Source: Macrostomum lignano
Taxonomy: Eukaryota
Length of the DNA stretch: 64,000 nucleotides
NCBI GenBank assembly: GCA_002269645.1
Contig: NIVC01001293.1
Coordinates: 248,001 to 312,000, forward strand
Direction: 5' to 3'
Below the pieces are notes generated by a model that made no database searches, had not been told where the DNA came from, and saw nothing but the letters and a program-made list of their open reading frames with translations. How positions within the stretch are numbered: the stretch's first letter is position 1; every line of letters begins with the position of its first letter. The position numbers and the translations under genes were made by a program. Shown piece after piece: positions 1 to 12,791 of this stretch.

Positions 1-309
1 ATCCCATCGATTTGTATATCGTCTAGCTCCATGAAAGTGTGAAATTGCTAAACTGCAGACGATTCTGCAAAACTGCTGAAGGTATTGCTAAATGCTGAGT
101 TTTGCAAGACTGCCGATATGTATCGAAAATGGATTAGTGAGCCGTACAATGCTGAGCAAATTATAGTTTTCTGAGGATACTGAGGAGCCGGCTGAGAGGA
201 GAACTGCAGACTGCTGAGGGGATAAATCAATAAGCCTAGGATTACGAGCCGTATTGCACTTGATAAACCAAGGATTACTGCGCTTCATCATTGAGATCAT
301 TTCGAATCG

Positions 310-990
310 GACTGGGGGATCATTGCAAGCCTGACTGATGATTATTGCAAACCTGACTGGGATCATTGCAAGCCTGACTGGGGATTATTGCAAACCTGAC
401 TGGGATCATTGCAAACCTGACTGAGGGATCATTGCAAACAAGACTGGGATCATTGCAAACCTGACTGGCATCATTGCAAACCTGACTGGCATCATTGCAA
501 ACCTGACTGAGGGATCATTGCAAACTTGACTGGGGGATCATTGCAAACCTGACTGGGATCATTGCAAACCTGACTGAGGGATCATTGCAAACTTGACTGG
601 GGGATCATTGCAAACCTGACTGGGATCATTGCAAACCTGACTGAGGGATCATTGCAAACTTGACTGGGGGATCATTGCAAACCTGACTGGGATCATTGCA
701 AACCTGACTGAGGGATCATTGCAAACAAGACTGGGATCATTGCAAACCTGACTGAGGGATCATTGCAAACAAGACTGGGGGATCATTGCAAACCTGACTG
801 GGATCATTGCAAACCTGACTGAGGGATCATTGCAAACTTGACTGGGGGATCATTGCAAACCTGACTGGGATCATTGCAAGCCTGACTGGGATCATTGCAA
901 ACCTGACTGAGGGATCATTGCAAGCCTGACTGGGATCATTGCAAACCTGACTGAGGGATCATTGCAAGCCTGACTGGGATCATTGCAAAC
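310..990. repeat. Minisatellite, 20-24 bp unit GATCATTGCAAACCTGACTG(G/GGG/AGG)
   Basis: Head-to-tail copies read directly; no unique spacers. Confidence 0.95.
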
Positions 991-1801
991 GTCCCGAGAC
1001 TCTCAGAGATCGTCTTAATCCAAAAGCGTGCTAAGGGTGTCGAAGGTTGATGGAAGAGCAACCGCCGATTCAAGTATCAAGGAGGAAGATGAGTCCAGTC
1101 ACCGTGACAACTCGCGAGAGGCCGGCATGTCCAGTCACCCGAACGAGAAAGGACAGCAAGAATCCGGTGACGAATCTAAAGAGACTGGCTCATGTGGTCC
1201 CCCACAAGGAGAGGAGATTGTTCTGCGAAATTCATCCCACGGCGGTGCTGTCTCAGACGCGTCGTCGGGTCGCGAATCGAAATGTCTACTGATTCGAGCG
1301 GTATGTGCCGGCTGTCTGTTGTTCTATCTTCTCATGCTACCGACTGAGACACCATAATTTATGAAGTGCTTGGTTACTGTAGTATTGTTGACCAAAAATG
1401 ATAGCTGAATGATGCGGAGCCAAAGGGTTTTATTTACCCACTGCTCTCCTATCAGCACTCGTAAAACTTGCTGAGGTGTTCCAACCTGGTCCCTGAAACA
1501 TTCCGACATCTGCCGATGTTACCCGACTTACCACGACATTATGCCGACGGATGACGATGTTATACCGACAATTGATCAGTTTAACTGTTTAGCAAGCAAA
1601 TGGTGCATATTTCGGATGATTCACGTTGACACTTCAGGTCGTGACGGTGACGTTGAGTCTAATTCTGCGTCGGATTCTGGAAACCACGGCCGGAGCGAAC
1701 AGAATGTTCCGTAAGCTGTTTCACTGCTGTTTGGTGAGTGATTCAGTAGATTGAAAGAGGAAAGAACAAATCGGGGAGAGAGAAAAGAAAAGAGATGAGA
1801 T

Positions 1802-1965
1802 CAGGGACTACTCAATTCTCGGGACGGGAAACGGCCAAATCATGCAGAAAAAAGATGGAGGCCGATTTTCTCTGTTCTCTGCTGATCTTATGTTTTATCG
1901 CAAGAGCTTCAGCTTTTTTCTGCATGATTTGGCCGTTTCCCGTCCCGAGAATTGAGTAGTCCCTG
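1802..1965. mobile_element. hAT-type MITE (164 bp)
   Basis: Perfect 53-bp TIRs starting CAGGGACTACTC (1802-1854 / 1913-1965); 8-bp TSD GATGAGAT at 1794-1801 and 1966-1973. An 8-bp TSD with CAGGG ends is typical of hAT. Confidence 0.9.
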
Positions 1966-3473
1966 GATGAGATATATGAGACGAGATATAGAGATGAGAT
2001 ATATGAATTGAGGGGGGAAAGAGAGCGACCCCTGAATTATATCAAGCAGTTGTAGATGAATGCTCCCATTTATTACCTCTTACGTGTGCATATACATAAT
2101 CATTTCTTACCCCAAGTGAGTCATCCTCGAACGGTCAGCAGCAGCGGGATGAAGTGCGGCGACGCCCAAGGCAAAGGGATCGCACCAGGCCCTGGGGCTT
2201 AGCTGGGCAATCCCAGCTCAGTCCTCAGACAGCAGGACACGACATGGCTTCGGACATGCCATCCCAGTCCGGTCCGAACGGTAACTCTACCGTGGTAAGC
2301 AGTCGTCAAGCAGCAAACCAAAACGCAACTTCAGAAGGTCCTCGTGCTTCAAACAGTGCTGAAGTTATTGCTTTCGAGCTCAATCAACATGTACCGCTTG
2401 CGTACGTGGTTAAAAAAGGACACCCTGTGACGTTGCCAGTTTAAGGTGGTCCCGAAAAGGGCCGTTGGACTGCTGTTTCTCCATAGTTTCAACCCTTCAG
2501 TTTCACCGTTTCAACTAAACTTTTCCATTTGTTTATTGCGACGTTTACTTGTAGTAGTGCCCAACGATTTTGTGGCAATTTCTAATTCACTGTATATTTT
2601 GCTATCCTCTCTCGCGACCGTATAAAATTGGATCGATAATTTTAAGTTCTCTCGCCAGCCAATGAAAATCACTCGTGCTTCGCGCTACCCCCCTCTGCGC
2701 TCCTTTATTAAACCCCCGCCTGGCGGCGGGCACTCCTCACGTGCTGCCTCTTATCTGTCTTATCTGTTCTTCCGTCCCTTTTTGCGTTCTTGTCTGGCTG
2801 CCTCGAGCCTCCTTATTTCTCGCCACGGCCCCTCTGTCTGGGCCAGCCTACTCACACGCTTACTTGACTGCCTCACGCCACGGCTGACGCCAACCCCGCC
2901 ACTGCTCATCTGCCTGCCTACTGCGTCTCACTGCCTTCACTGTGCTCATTGCCATTGCTCATCACGTCGCATCGCCATTGCACCGTTCGTCTGTCACTTG
3001 ACTATCCAATTTATCTTCAAGGAAACCATTGTTGCAGCCGCCAGTGCCCAGAAAGCTATAGTTTGTTTATTGACATAACTTCTAACCAAGCCCAGTATTG
3101 ATACTACCAATAAAACCAACTACGGCAGTTCCTGCCTTCATCGCCAAGTGCTCCGCTACAAAATCCGCTTTACAAGAATTGACTTCAACTTATTTTGGGA
3201 CTAAAACGGCCCTTTTAAGGGTCATCGCATAGCTGGCCGCTACGCCAATAACGTGACAACCCCATATACTAAAAATACGTACTCAAGATATTTATACTTG
3301 GCAACATTGAAAAGTCGCCACTCCATGCGCCAGTGAGCAATTTCTCTTTTGACTATTCTGGAATAGAAATAAGAGAAAACTGCTTTAATCCGTCCAACCC
3401 TCGCACACCGCTCCCCCCACTTCATTCTTCAACTCAAGTCTGCCGCTGAGTCAATTGGACAACTAAAGTAACG

Positions 3474-3541
3474 TATATACTTTAGTATACTTTAGTATAT
3501 ACTTTAGTATACTTTAGTATATACTTTAGTATACTTTAGTA
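3474..3541. repeat. Short tandem repeat (TATACTTTAG/TA units)
   Basis: Direct reading. Confidence 0.85.
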
Positions 3542-3931
3542 ATCCTTGAGCTAAGTTGCGTCCACTCACAAAGATTGAGAGACTTTAACCTGTAACAAAC
3601 AACAAGTAATAATATACTAATAGAATTTAACATAAAAAGTTAAAATAAAAATAAAATTTTACTTTAAATTCTTATTTACTCCTCAATAGGTCTAAATGTT
3701 TTTCAATTGATTTTTTAATTCAAAACACAGACTTTCTTTTAATCACAAATATGGCGTACATGTTTCATACCATACATTGCATGTAATATAGATATATATT
3801 TTCCAGTTTTATTCCCACACTAATTTGGACTCCGATTCAATCTTAACGTCAATTCTAATTACTCGTAACTGCTATTTTATCAATTATGGATTCCTTAATT
3901 TAAGCAAATGATTTCTCATAATAAATTATTG

Positions 3932-4112
3932 TGATTCCCTGATTCCCTATCTAGGGTGATTCCCCATCTATAGGGTGATTTTCCATCTAGGGTGACTCCT
4001 CATCTAAGGGAGGTTCCCCATCTAGGGTGATTCCCCATCTAGGGTGATTCCCCATCTAGAGGGATTCCCCCATCTAAAGTGATTCCCCATCTAGGGTGAT
4101 TCCCCATCTAGG
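3932..4112. repeat. 17-bp minisatellite GTGATTCCCCATCTAGG
   Basis: About 10 imperfect tandem copies. Confidence 0.9.
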
Positions 4113-4614
4113 ATTGCTCAAAAACAGTCTCCCGGGAAGTTTAAGGAGTACTGACTGAGTTACTGTGAGTTATGTGCATGCCGCAATAGACACGACTCAC
4201 TTATTGACTGTGACGGACAGTGCTAAGTTAAGTCTAAAGCTAAGTTCGTGCTACATATAGGTATAGTGCCACTTGATAAAACGCACAGTTTGCTTGATTT
4301 ACATTGATGAATAGACAAATAAATATGTCGATTTAATTCTTTTAACATTCCCCTTCAAATAGACCCTCTGTGTTTCTATAAATAGCATGCTTGTACAACT
4401 GTCTATACCGTGAACAACCTGCCCGCAATGTACACCCTACGGTGTACATAAGTTTGACCGTGGAATTTCCAAGAAAATTTGTGAGCCGACAATTTCTTGG
4501 AAATTCCTTATAGCTTCATTTTCTAAGTATAAAACTGAACAAAAGTAAAATAAATACATTGAAATAAATGCAAACCGAGCTCACTAATCAGACACTGTGG
4601 TAAGAAGATACCGC

Positions 4615-7600
4615 ATGGCCAGCTCAGTACAGACGCCCCTTAGCAGCCTCAACAGGCGGTTGAGAAACATCTGCGAGAGAGAAGGCATGGACTATGGCGA
4701 AGACGTGCTCGACGAGGACGAGCTTGTGAGGCGATTTCGAGTGGCCACTCAGATGACAGCGAAAACAATTCGCGGCGTCATGTCGGAAATCAAACGAGCA
4801 AAAACTGTCGATCTCTGCTTCCTCATCGATGGCACGTCAAGCATGCGGCCACACATTGAAGGAGTTCGGGATAGCGTGGCCAAGATCGTCAACACCATGG
4901 TCCGCAGCAGGGCGGCACCTACCGGCATCGAGCAGCTCCGACTGGCTGTAGTTGTGTACCGCGATTTCGACAATCCGACACCCATGGAGGTGTGCCAGTT
5001 CACGGAAAGTCCCGACAAATGCGTCGATTTCTGCAAGAACGCCAAAGCGATTAGTGGGGCCAAGCACGACCCTCCGGAAGATGTTTTCGGGGGACTTGAA
5101 CAGGTAAAAAACCAATCTGTGTCCTTAAAATGCTTTTCATGAGACTCCAAGGACAATAAAGCAACGTATATACAGGACGCGACACTCACGTTTCATGGAA
5201 AGTGTTTTGAAGGCCACTTTTCACCGAATAATACACTACGGAGATAGGAAGTTTTCATTTTCCAGCACTAAAAATTGTTATTGATTTTGATAGGAGGCAG
5301 ACCCAATGATCATCTTTTGATATTTTGTGCTTTTCTTATAGCTCTACTCGTATTGATATTCATAAAGCATTTTGTTCAGAAAATTAGGATTCTGTGTTTA
5401 TTTTTATTCATTCTACGTGTAAAAATCATAAAAAATGCATGGCACAGCTCGACTCTTTGGTATTATGAATCTATTATATCATATCCGTTACACATATTGT
5501 TACACAGTAAGCTCCATTTATAAGAATGACAAAATGATTTATAAAACCAATGAGCTGAGCCGTGCCATTTTAATGCTTTTTAGGCGCGGGATATGTACAA
5601 TTTGTAAGTAGAATAAGAAACTATTTTAAAATGCTGCGTCTTTCTACTTTAGTAGCCCTTGTACATTCAATATACAAGTCACTCTGCCCTGTCAGTTGTA
5701 AATGTACAACAATGACATTTAATATTTTGCAGGCGAGTAAGCTTCAGTGGTCGAAAGACGCGGGCACCAGGATTGTCTTCCACATGGGCGACAGTCCGTG
5801 TCATGGCAACCGATACCACTCTGCTTCAATGCGAGATTCCTATCCCAATGGCGATCCTCGGGGTCGCACCTCGCAAGATCTGTTTAAGCGCTTCAAGTAA
5901 GCATTTTTCTGGCTCTGTTGCAAATTCTGGATACTTCCGTATGTCACTCAAATCAAGATTTAAAGATCGCTCCAGTTATATATCTAGTTTTGCTACCAGC
6001 TCAGTTGCAATTGTTTCCAAAAGTACTCTCTCTGCACGCTAATCTTTGTTGGTTTTGGTGAGCCTTTTGTCAACTCAACAGTGGGGAATACCAAGCCATT
6101 TTCCAGTTAATTTTCCAAGGGGTGATGACGAAATGCTTGAGAGACTGGCTGAGGATGTCCAGCAGTTAAGGTTTGCCCCACCGTCGAGGGGGTCGCCATC
6201 ATAAGCTCGAAAAATCACATCGTCGAAAACTGATTTAGCAACCACCATCACAAGCTCAAAAAATCAATCGTCGAAAACTGATTTAGCAACCACCATCACA
6301 AGCTCAAAAAATCACATAGTCGAAAACTGATTTAGCAGTCACCATCACAAGCTCGAAAAGGCACATTCTCTAACCCTAACACCAAGGGCCCCCTGTCGAG
6401 GCTTGATCAGTGAAACTAGAGGGGGTGGGTTTCATAAACGCGAAACTTCACAACCGCTAAATGTCATCTACTTTCACAACCGCGAAACTTCAATCGCGGT
6501 TGTGAGATTGAAGATTCGTAATCGCGAGATTCATGAATGAGATTCATAACCGCGAAACTTCACAACCGCTAAAATTTTTGCACTTACTTTCATATACAAC
6601 AGTCTTTTTAGCGGTTGTGAAGTTTCACGGTTGTGAAAGTAGATGACATTTAGCGGTTATGAAGTTTCGCGTTTATGAAAGTAGGTGATTTAGCGGTTGT
6701 GAAATTTCGCGTTTGTGAAAGCAACCCAACTAGAGAAATTCGCAAAAGGGTGTCCATACCATAGTCGCCTGGTGCCATCAGTTGAAGGTCCAGAAGCTCT
6801 GTCTGGGTGAAAGCCAGCGACCAAAAAAGTCAGGGCTGATGCAGGCACATATGCTCGACGTACTGATGAAATTTGGAGACTTGGCAAGGCCGCATGCGCA
6901 CTGAGTCTCAGTGCTGATGGGCGCACAAGGGTGTATTGATCATTGATACAGTGGCGTTTGTGGGAGAAACCCGACCTTCCGGCAAAATCGTTGAATTGAA
7001 TATCTCGACGGTCCGGAGGGTTGGCGACTTTATTCTTGCTTGAGAAGGTGCGCAAAAAAATTTAGTCTGTGTTGCTCCGTTCCGGCAAGCAAAATAGTGG
7101 TCAGAAGGAGGAGAAAATCCCCCCCCCTTTAAAAATTTAATACAAAACGTCAGGGTGTACTTTTAAAAGCCAAGGTAAAATTGTAAAAACCGAGTTTGAT
7201 GCAAATATAAACATTGCAGAGAGCTTGGCATCGACTACTACTTTGGCAAGATTAGCCGCCACACCGATCAGATGATTGACGAGTTCTGCAAAGACTACGG
7301 CCGGTTTATCACAACTTTCAGCGTTGAGGACGTCTCAAAAATAGCCGGCTCAGTGATCTCCTCCATCAGCACTTCTGTTGAGGAGAACGTTGAAAAGTCT
7401 AAGCTGGGCATCTCGCGTCAGGCCAAACTGAGAGACTACCGACTCGACGGAGGCACACCCGCCTGGGACTCGCTGCCCGTCCTTCAGGGCACTTACCTGG
7501 TCTACGAACTGCCAGACACCGTTGAAGATGTCGTAGACGACAAGCCGCTAGTTGAGAAGCAGATCAGCAATGTTCGAGTGAAAATCGCCCCGAATCCGTT

Positions 7601-8634
7601 CGCTGAAGGCTCGGAACGAATCGCTTATTTTGGGCAGGATCTCTTTGTTGGATACGGCGACCATCGAGCTCGTTCAGCGACGCGTCGAGGCGGCAGAGCT
7701 GTCAGCGCACCAAGGCGCACAGTAGTGGTCGCAGAGCCCACTCCGGCAGCCACGCCGACAGACATTGTACTGAAGGAGTACAAGTACCTCGGTAAGAAGC
7801 AGAACACGCTAGAACGGTACAAGACGGCGTGCGAGGCTCAGACTGTTGCGTTTTACCTGGCTGACCAGTTCAACTCACTGACTGGCCCGCTGGGCGAGCC
7901 GCCAATCAAGTTTCTAAAGACCAAAGCTCTGCTATTGACGTCCTCGAAAGGACTGCGCATTATGTCGTGCGAGAGAAAGTTCTTTGGCGACGTCAAATTC
8001 GTCAAGTTCAGCAACAACTGCGCCTACTCGATGCAGTCCGCCGCCCGTGAGGTCAGCACGAGTGGTGTCGATCCGCGCATTGTGGGCACGGTCATGGCCT
8101 TCAGCCACTGGACGTTTCAACGCACCGACGGCTTTTTAATGGTTGTTGATCTGCAGGTAATTCTAAACGACATTTATCTATTGTTGAGGGCAACGATCCC
8201 GCGTGTTTAAATACATGTATACGTATAGCAGAGCCAAATTGCTTATCTACTCGATCTCAACTCTGCAGGGCTGCATCTGTGAGGACGGCACGATAACGAC
8301 ATCGCTGCAGAAGTCGAATGATGCTAAAGCTGCAGCCGTTAAAAAGACAAAAACCAAGAAGGTGCTGATGACGGATCCTGCCATCCACTGCTTGGACGTT
8401 ACGCGTTATGCGCCGTTGAACCTCGGCCGATCCGGCATGCAGGCCTTTTTCAACGGTCACCAGTGCGGCCAGTTGTGTCGTCGACTCGGCTTGGAGGAAG
8501 TCACGCAACCCAGTGAAAAAAAGTATATGGATTCCATGTGGATTTTTCATATGAAATCCATATGTGCATTTGTCTCCGTCCATCCATGTGGAATTGAGAT
8601 ATGGATTCCACATGGAAGATCCACATGGAAGTAA
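4615..8634 (+). CDS. vWA-domain alpha-kinase (eEF2K/MHCK family), 4 exons: 4615-5103, 5733-5896, 7220-8156, 8269-8634
   Basis: vWA MIDAS-type VDLCFLIDGTSSM, RLAVVVYRD, PEDVFGGL, FHMGDSPCHG. Alpha-kinase motifs FAEGSERIAY, VLKEY, AFSHWT, VVDLQG, TDPAIH, NLG..G..FF..H.C...C..LGL. All introns are GT-AG and phases match (0, 2, 0). Confidence 0.9.
5290..5420 (+). repeat. Unnamed dispersed repeat fragment, second copy at 44748-44867 (minus strand)
   Basis: ATAGGAGGCAGA..CATCTTTTGATAT..TTAGGATTCT..TTCTACGT shared between alpha-kinase intron 1 and DEG/ENaC intron 1. Confidence 0.75.
6203..6360. repeat. ~49-bp tandem repeat x3
   Basis: AAGCTCGAAAAATCACATCGTCGAAAACTGATTTAGCAACCACCATCAC repeated. Confidence 0.85.
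6423..6727. mobile_element. Foldback MITE in alpha-kinase intron 2
   Basis: Imperfect TIR GGGT(GGG/TGC)TTTCA(T/C)AAACGCGAAA; inverted subterminal TTCACAACCGC repeats; flanking duplication AACTAGAG(G/A) at 6414-6422 and 6728-6736. Confidence 0.8.
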
Positions 8635-11056
8635 TTATGTATTTCACATAGAATCCACATTGTCATTGAGTAAACAGCCATTATACTGGTTGCCATAATA
8701 AATTGTTGCATCCTAAATCTCAAAATAATATCAGATCTCAAAACTTTATATGAACCCCAGATCTCAATACCATATAAAAGAAACTGAAACACAGATAAAA
8801 ACACTAGCTATAGCGAAAAAATATTTCTGCACAAAAATATATTCAAAAAGGATGTCTCAATAAGTAAGGTGTATTTATATACAGTAGTGAGTCACTGGCA
8901 CACAAAGAATAAACACACTGATATAGATATTGATATCTTTAAAGTTGCGCTGCGCATATGATATAATATATAATTTGAAATTGACATTGTCAATAGCATT
9001 AATTAATTAACAATAATATAATGCACCAGAATTAGAACAGTCAGAAACATGCTGCTGCCAATTGCCAGAATGCTGCTTCTTCAGGTCAGGTGAGAAACCT
9101 TAGAAAAGAAAGGGGTTAAATTACAGAATTTTATAACAGATTGATGACAGATTTTATAATAGATTTTGATAGATTTTGATCTTATAACAGATTTTGATAA
9201 CAGAAAAAAATCAGTTTATAACTAAAACTTACCATTGCTTCACAAAAGGTAGCATTCTAGATATTATATTCAAATTCCAAGTAGCTTTGCATGCTTCTTC
9301 AAAGGAAAGACCAAGGTGACATCCAAGTTTGAGGATGGGCCATGTAATGTTAGGCTGAAATGAAATAGAAAAATAATTGTTGCCAATTAAGATTGATAGA
9401 TTATATTGATATAATTCATAAAACTAATTTAAGGATGAATACTTAATAAAGTTTATTTTAAAATTAACTAGGCCTAAGTTCTAGGTTTATTTTTTTAAGC
9501 GCAAAGTGTGCATATGCGCCTTAAATTTTAAAATTGCACCTTGAAAATTGAAATTAAAAAGTGGATACAGTTTAGGTGCGATTTCATTACCTATTTTTCT
9601 GTTGAAGCCTTATTTGCACTGCCTTTATATAAGAAAAAAGAGAAATTGCATTCTAAGCCTTAAAATCATAAAACCCTGAAAGTGAGCATAGGATATAATT
9701 TTGCACTTTGTCTCTAGCAAAAAAGAAAACCCTACCTAAGTCAATCAATAAACCAATAAAATAATAAATACAAAAATAATTAATATATGTTTCTATAAAT
9801 TTAATTTTTTATTTTAAAATTGATTTTAAACTATAAAGTATTTAGGCAAAGCAATGCATGTTTTTTTATATTTGCTGGCCTAGTATGATTTAACATTAGG
9901 CCTAAGCCTAAATAGCTATGCCCTATGCCTATGGCTATTAAATTCTGGACTTGGCCTAAATCAGATCAAATTTACAATAATCATTATTTATTTATAATAG
10001 CAACCTTAGGGAACTGCTAGGCTAGCTATGCCAAAAGCAAGTTGCAAGTGTAAATGCAGAATTATTTATTATAATTAATAATACTGTTTTTAAAAATGCA
10101 ACAAGTCCAAAAGATGCTAATAGGCTTTTTTGAAGAAAATCATAAATTAATAGATTTTTAACAGATTAACTAGATTGACTAGTCACAATTCACAAAGTCA
10201 AGCTAGTCCCAACTCCCAACCTTAATTAAAATAGAAGGACCTAAATTGATAGTTATAGGCCTAGCTTAAAATAGGCCTAATAAGCATACATATAAATAGA
10301 TAGGTAGGACTAAGAGGAAATTATGAACTTCTAAAGGCCTATTTAAGTTAAAAAATGAGTAGCCAATCTATGGACATGGCCATGGAATTCCTAGAAATTG
10401 GATAGGGCCTAGGCCTAAATAAATTTATCATGGATTTTACCAAAAGTATTAGGCCTATCTATGATAAAATACTGATTTATCTAATTTCTAATCCCATGGA
10501 GGCCATGGCCTTATACTCGTAAGTTATTGCCTATAGGCTAGGTCTACTAAAATTTTTAAGGTGCTTAAATAGCCATAAACAAGGCACTTTATCTTTCAAG
10601 GCCTTGGACCAAGACATTGACGAATATAAAATAAAATTAATTTAATTTTAAAACGTACGAAACGTTTTTTATTGTTAACTTCTATTTTGTCTATTTTAAC
10701 AAACAGTGTCTTTTTTTCCAATTATAATTTAGCTTTTAGATAATAATTTTTACTTAAAAGCATATAAATATAATAATTAATTTTAGTAATTTCATAAAAA
10801 CGTCTAAATAAGGTGTATCACAGTTTTTTATCGAAGTGGATTCCATGTTGAATCAATATACGCTTATTTCTCATGAATTCCTTGTAAAATCCACATCAAC
10901 ATTAGGACAGTAAAAATAAAAAAATAATGCATAAAAAATACTTTGCATACCATTATGTCATCTTTAAGTCATTAATTTGCAAAAATTAAAGAAACATTTA
11001 AATTCCACATGGCCACGTGGAACCCACGTGGAATCCATGAATCATTTTTCACTGGG
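8509..11056. mobile_element. Non-autonomous CACTA/EnSpm (CMC)-type DNA transposon inserted in the last alpha-kinase exon
   Basis: Ends CCCAGTGAAAAA...TTTTTCACTGGG; subterminal CCACATGG/CCATGTGG repeats at both ends; 2-bp TSD AA (8507-8508, 11057-11058); AT-rich interior with no transposase ORF. Confidence 0.8.
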
Positions 11057-12059
11057 AAATCCCTTCACCTGAAAAATGTTGAGTTGGGACGAGGGTAGGA
11101 ACTTAAACTCAAAGTACTCAAACACAGATGCGTGGGGGTCTTAAGCAGACACTTAATCGTGCATGTAATGTACATGTATACCATGCACAGTTTTGACGTG
11201 TAACCTCTTCAATTAGTGTATTTAAACTTAAATTTGAGAGTGGAAAAGTCAAAATAATATTTTTTTGACTTTTTGAACCACATGATCAAGCTGTATGATG
11301 CACGGGGTATGATGATTAGCTCGCATTCATGTTTGATAATGTTCAAATATATATTGCTCATAATAATATACTTCCGTTTAATTCAATTATATAATAGTGA
11401 TTGTATTATGATTCACCGTTTTTTGTAGATAAAGCTTCTTTGAAGATCATAAATGAATTGGATTCGTCTCAAGGGCGTTCCCACAATCTAAAAAATACGT
11501 GTTGAAAACGCCCAACTTTCTATTGGATTCGATTTTGATATACGTGTAGGGCATGTATAACTCAATCTACACGTCAGCTTAAATGAATCTAAAATAAGCA
11601 AGGTTGAATTTCTTTAAGCCTTTCTATTGTAAATAACAATTAGTTTAGGGTTTGTATTTGTTAAACTTCTTGATTGGAATTGGAACTAATCGATCAAGAA
11701 GCTTCCAAAAATATGCCTTTCCTTATGAAACTGAGTTTCCGGATTTTCGTCAAAGTCACTTGATTACATTTAATAATCATATTTAAATTGGGATTTTCAC
11801 AGGAAATCGCGCTCAACGCGCACGCGTTTCGTTTCAAGCTTAGTCAAGAAAACATACATAGTGAAGTTAAGTTTAGTTAGTTATATAGATGGCTTAACTA
11901 ATATGCATGAAAGCGATTAATTCGAAAATAGGCAGTTATGGCAATGCTGTTAACCAAAAGTATATTGTATTTTTAAATGATACAAATAGTTTCATGATCA
12001 TGAGGTTTCGCAATGATGCTTTTGTTAGCTCGTATTCACGTATTGCTGTGTGATAATTT

Positions 12060-12171
12060 GGCATTCTTCAAGTTTCGTTCGTTTAATTCCAACACCCACC
12101 CCCCACCACCCTTGAATAGAGGGCGAAAATAATTCCGGAAATAATTAAACGAACGAAACTTGAAGATTGCC
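12060..12171. repeat. Short inverted repeat (29-bp arms)
   Basis: GGCATTCTTCAAGTTTCGTTCGTTTAATT versus the reverse complement of 12143-12171, one mismatch; no TSD found. Confidence 0.7.
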
Positions 12172-12791
12172 GAAAATTTAGCTCCATGAGATTACAATTG
12201 ACAAATCCAATTTGATAAAGCTATAAAATCGGAATCAGAATATCTTTCCCAGGAAACGGGAGACTGCGGTTGCGGGTCATTTCGTCTGCCGGAGGTCCTG
12301 TCCTACGTGCTAGGGTGGACGGGTTGTCTGCTGTTGTGTAAAATGAAAAAAATACCCAGCAATAAAGCAGCGAAGCATGTATTGGTGCGAAGAGCAGTAT
12401 TTGCCGCAAATAAGCACCTATTTTTTTACCATTCACATGAGAGTTTTTCCAAGACTGCTAAATCATTTAGTAAATGGTCATTATTGGCATAAACAGTAAA
12501 TATAGGAAACCATGAGATATCACTTTGGACTTGCTAAGACCTAAGTTGCTATTTGATAGTCTGATTAAGCAAATAAAATTAAACAAAGCTAGGCTAAAAA
12601 TTCAAAATTTAGAATATTTTTAATATTTTCTAGGCAGGCCTATTTGCTATTTGTATCCTTTGCTATTTTTATATTGTTTGTTTGTAGTCCTATTAGTTAT
12701 TAGGAAATGATTTAAGTTAAACAAGTGAAGTTATATATGATTTAAATTATATAACTATGATTGATATAGTTTGATAAATTTTATTTATGGT

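Noticed and set aside
1028-3078. ORFs at 1028-1357, 2154-2444 and 2662-3078
   Set aside because: No recognisable domains or consistent exon chain; they could be exon or retroelement remnants but cannot be supported.
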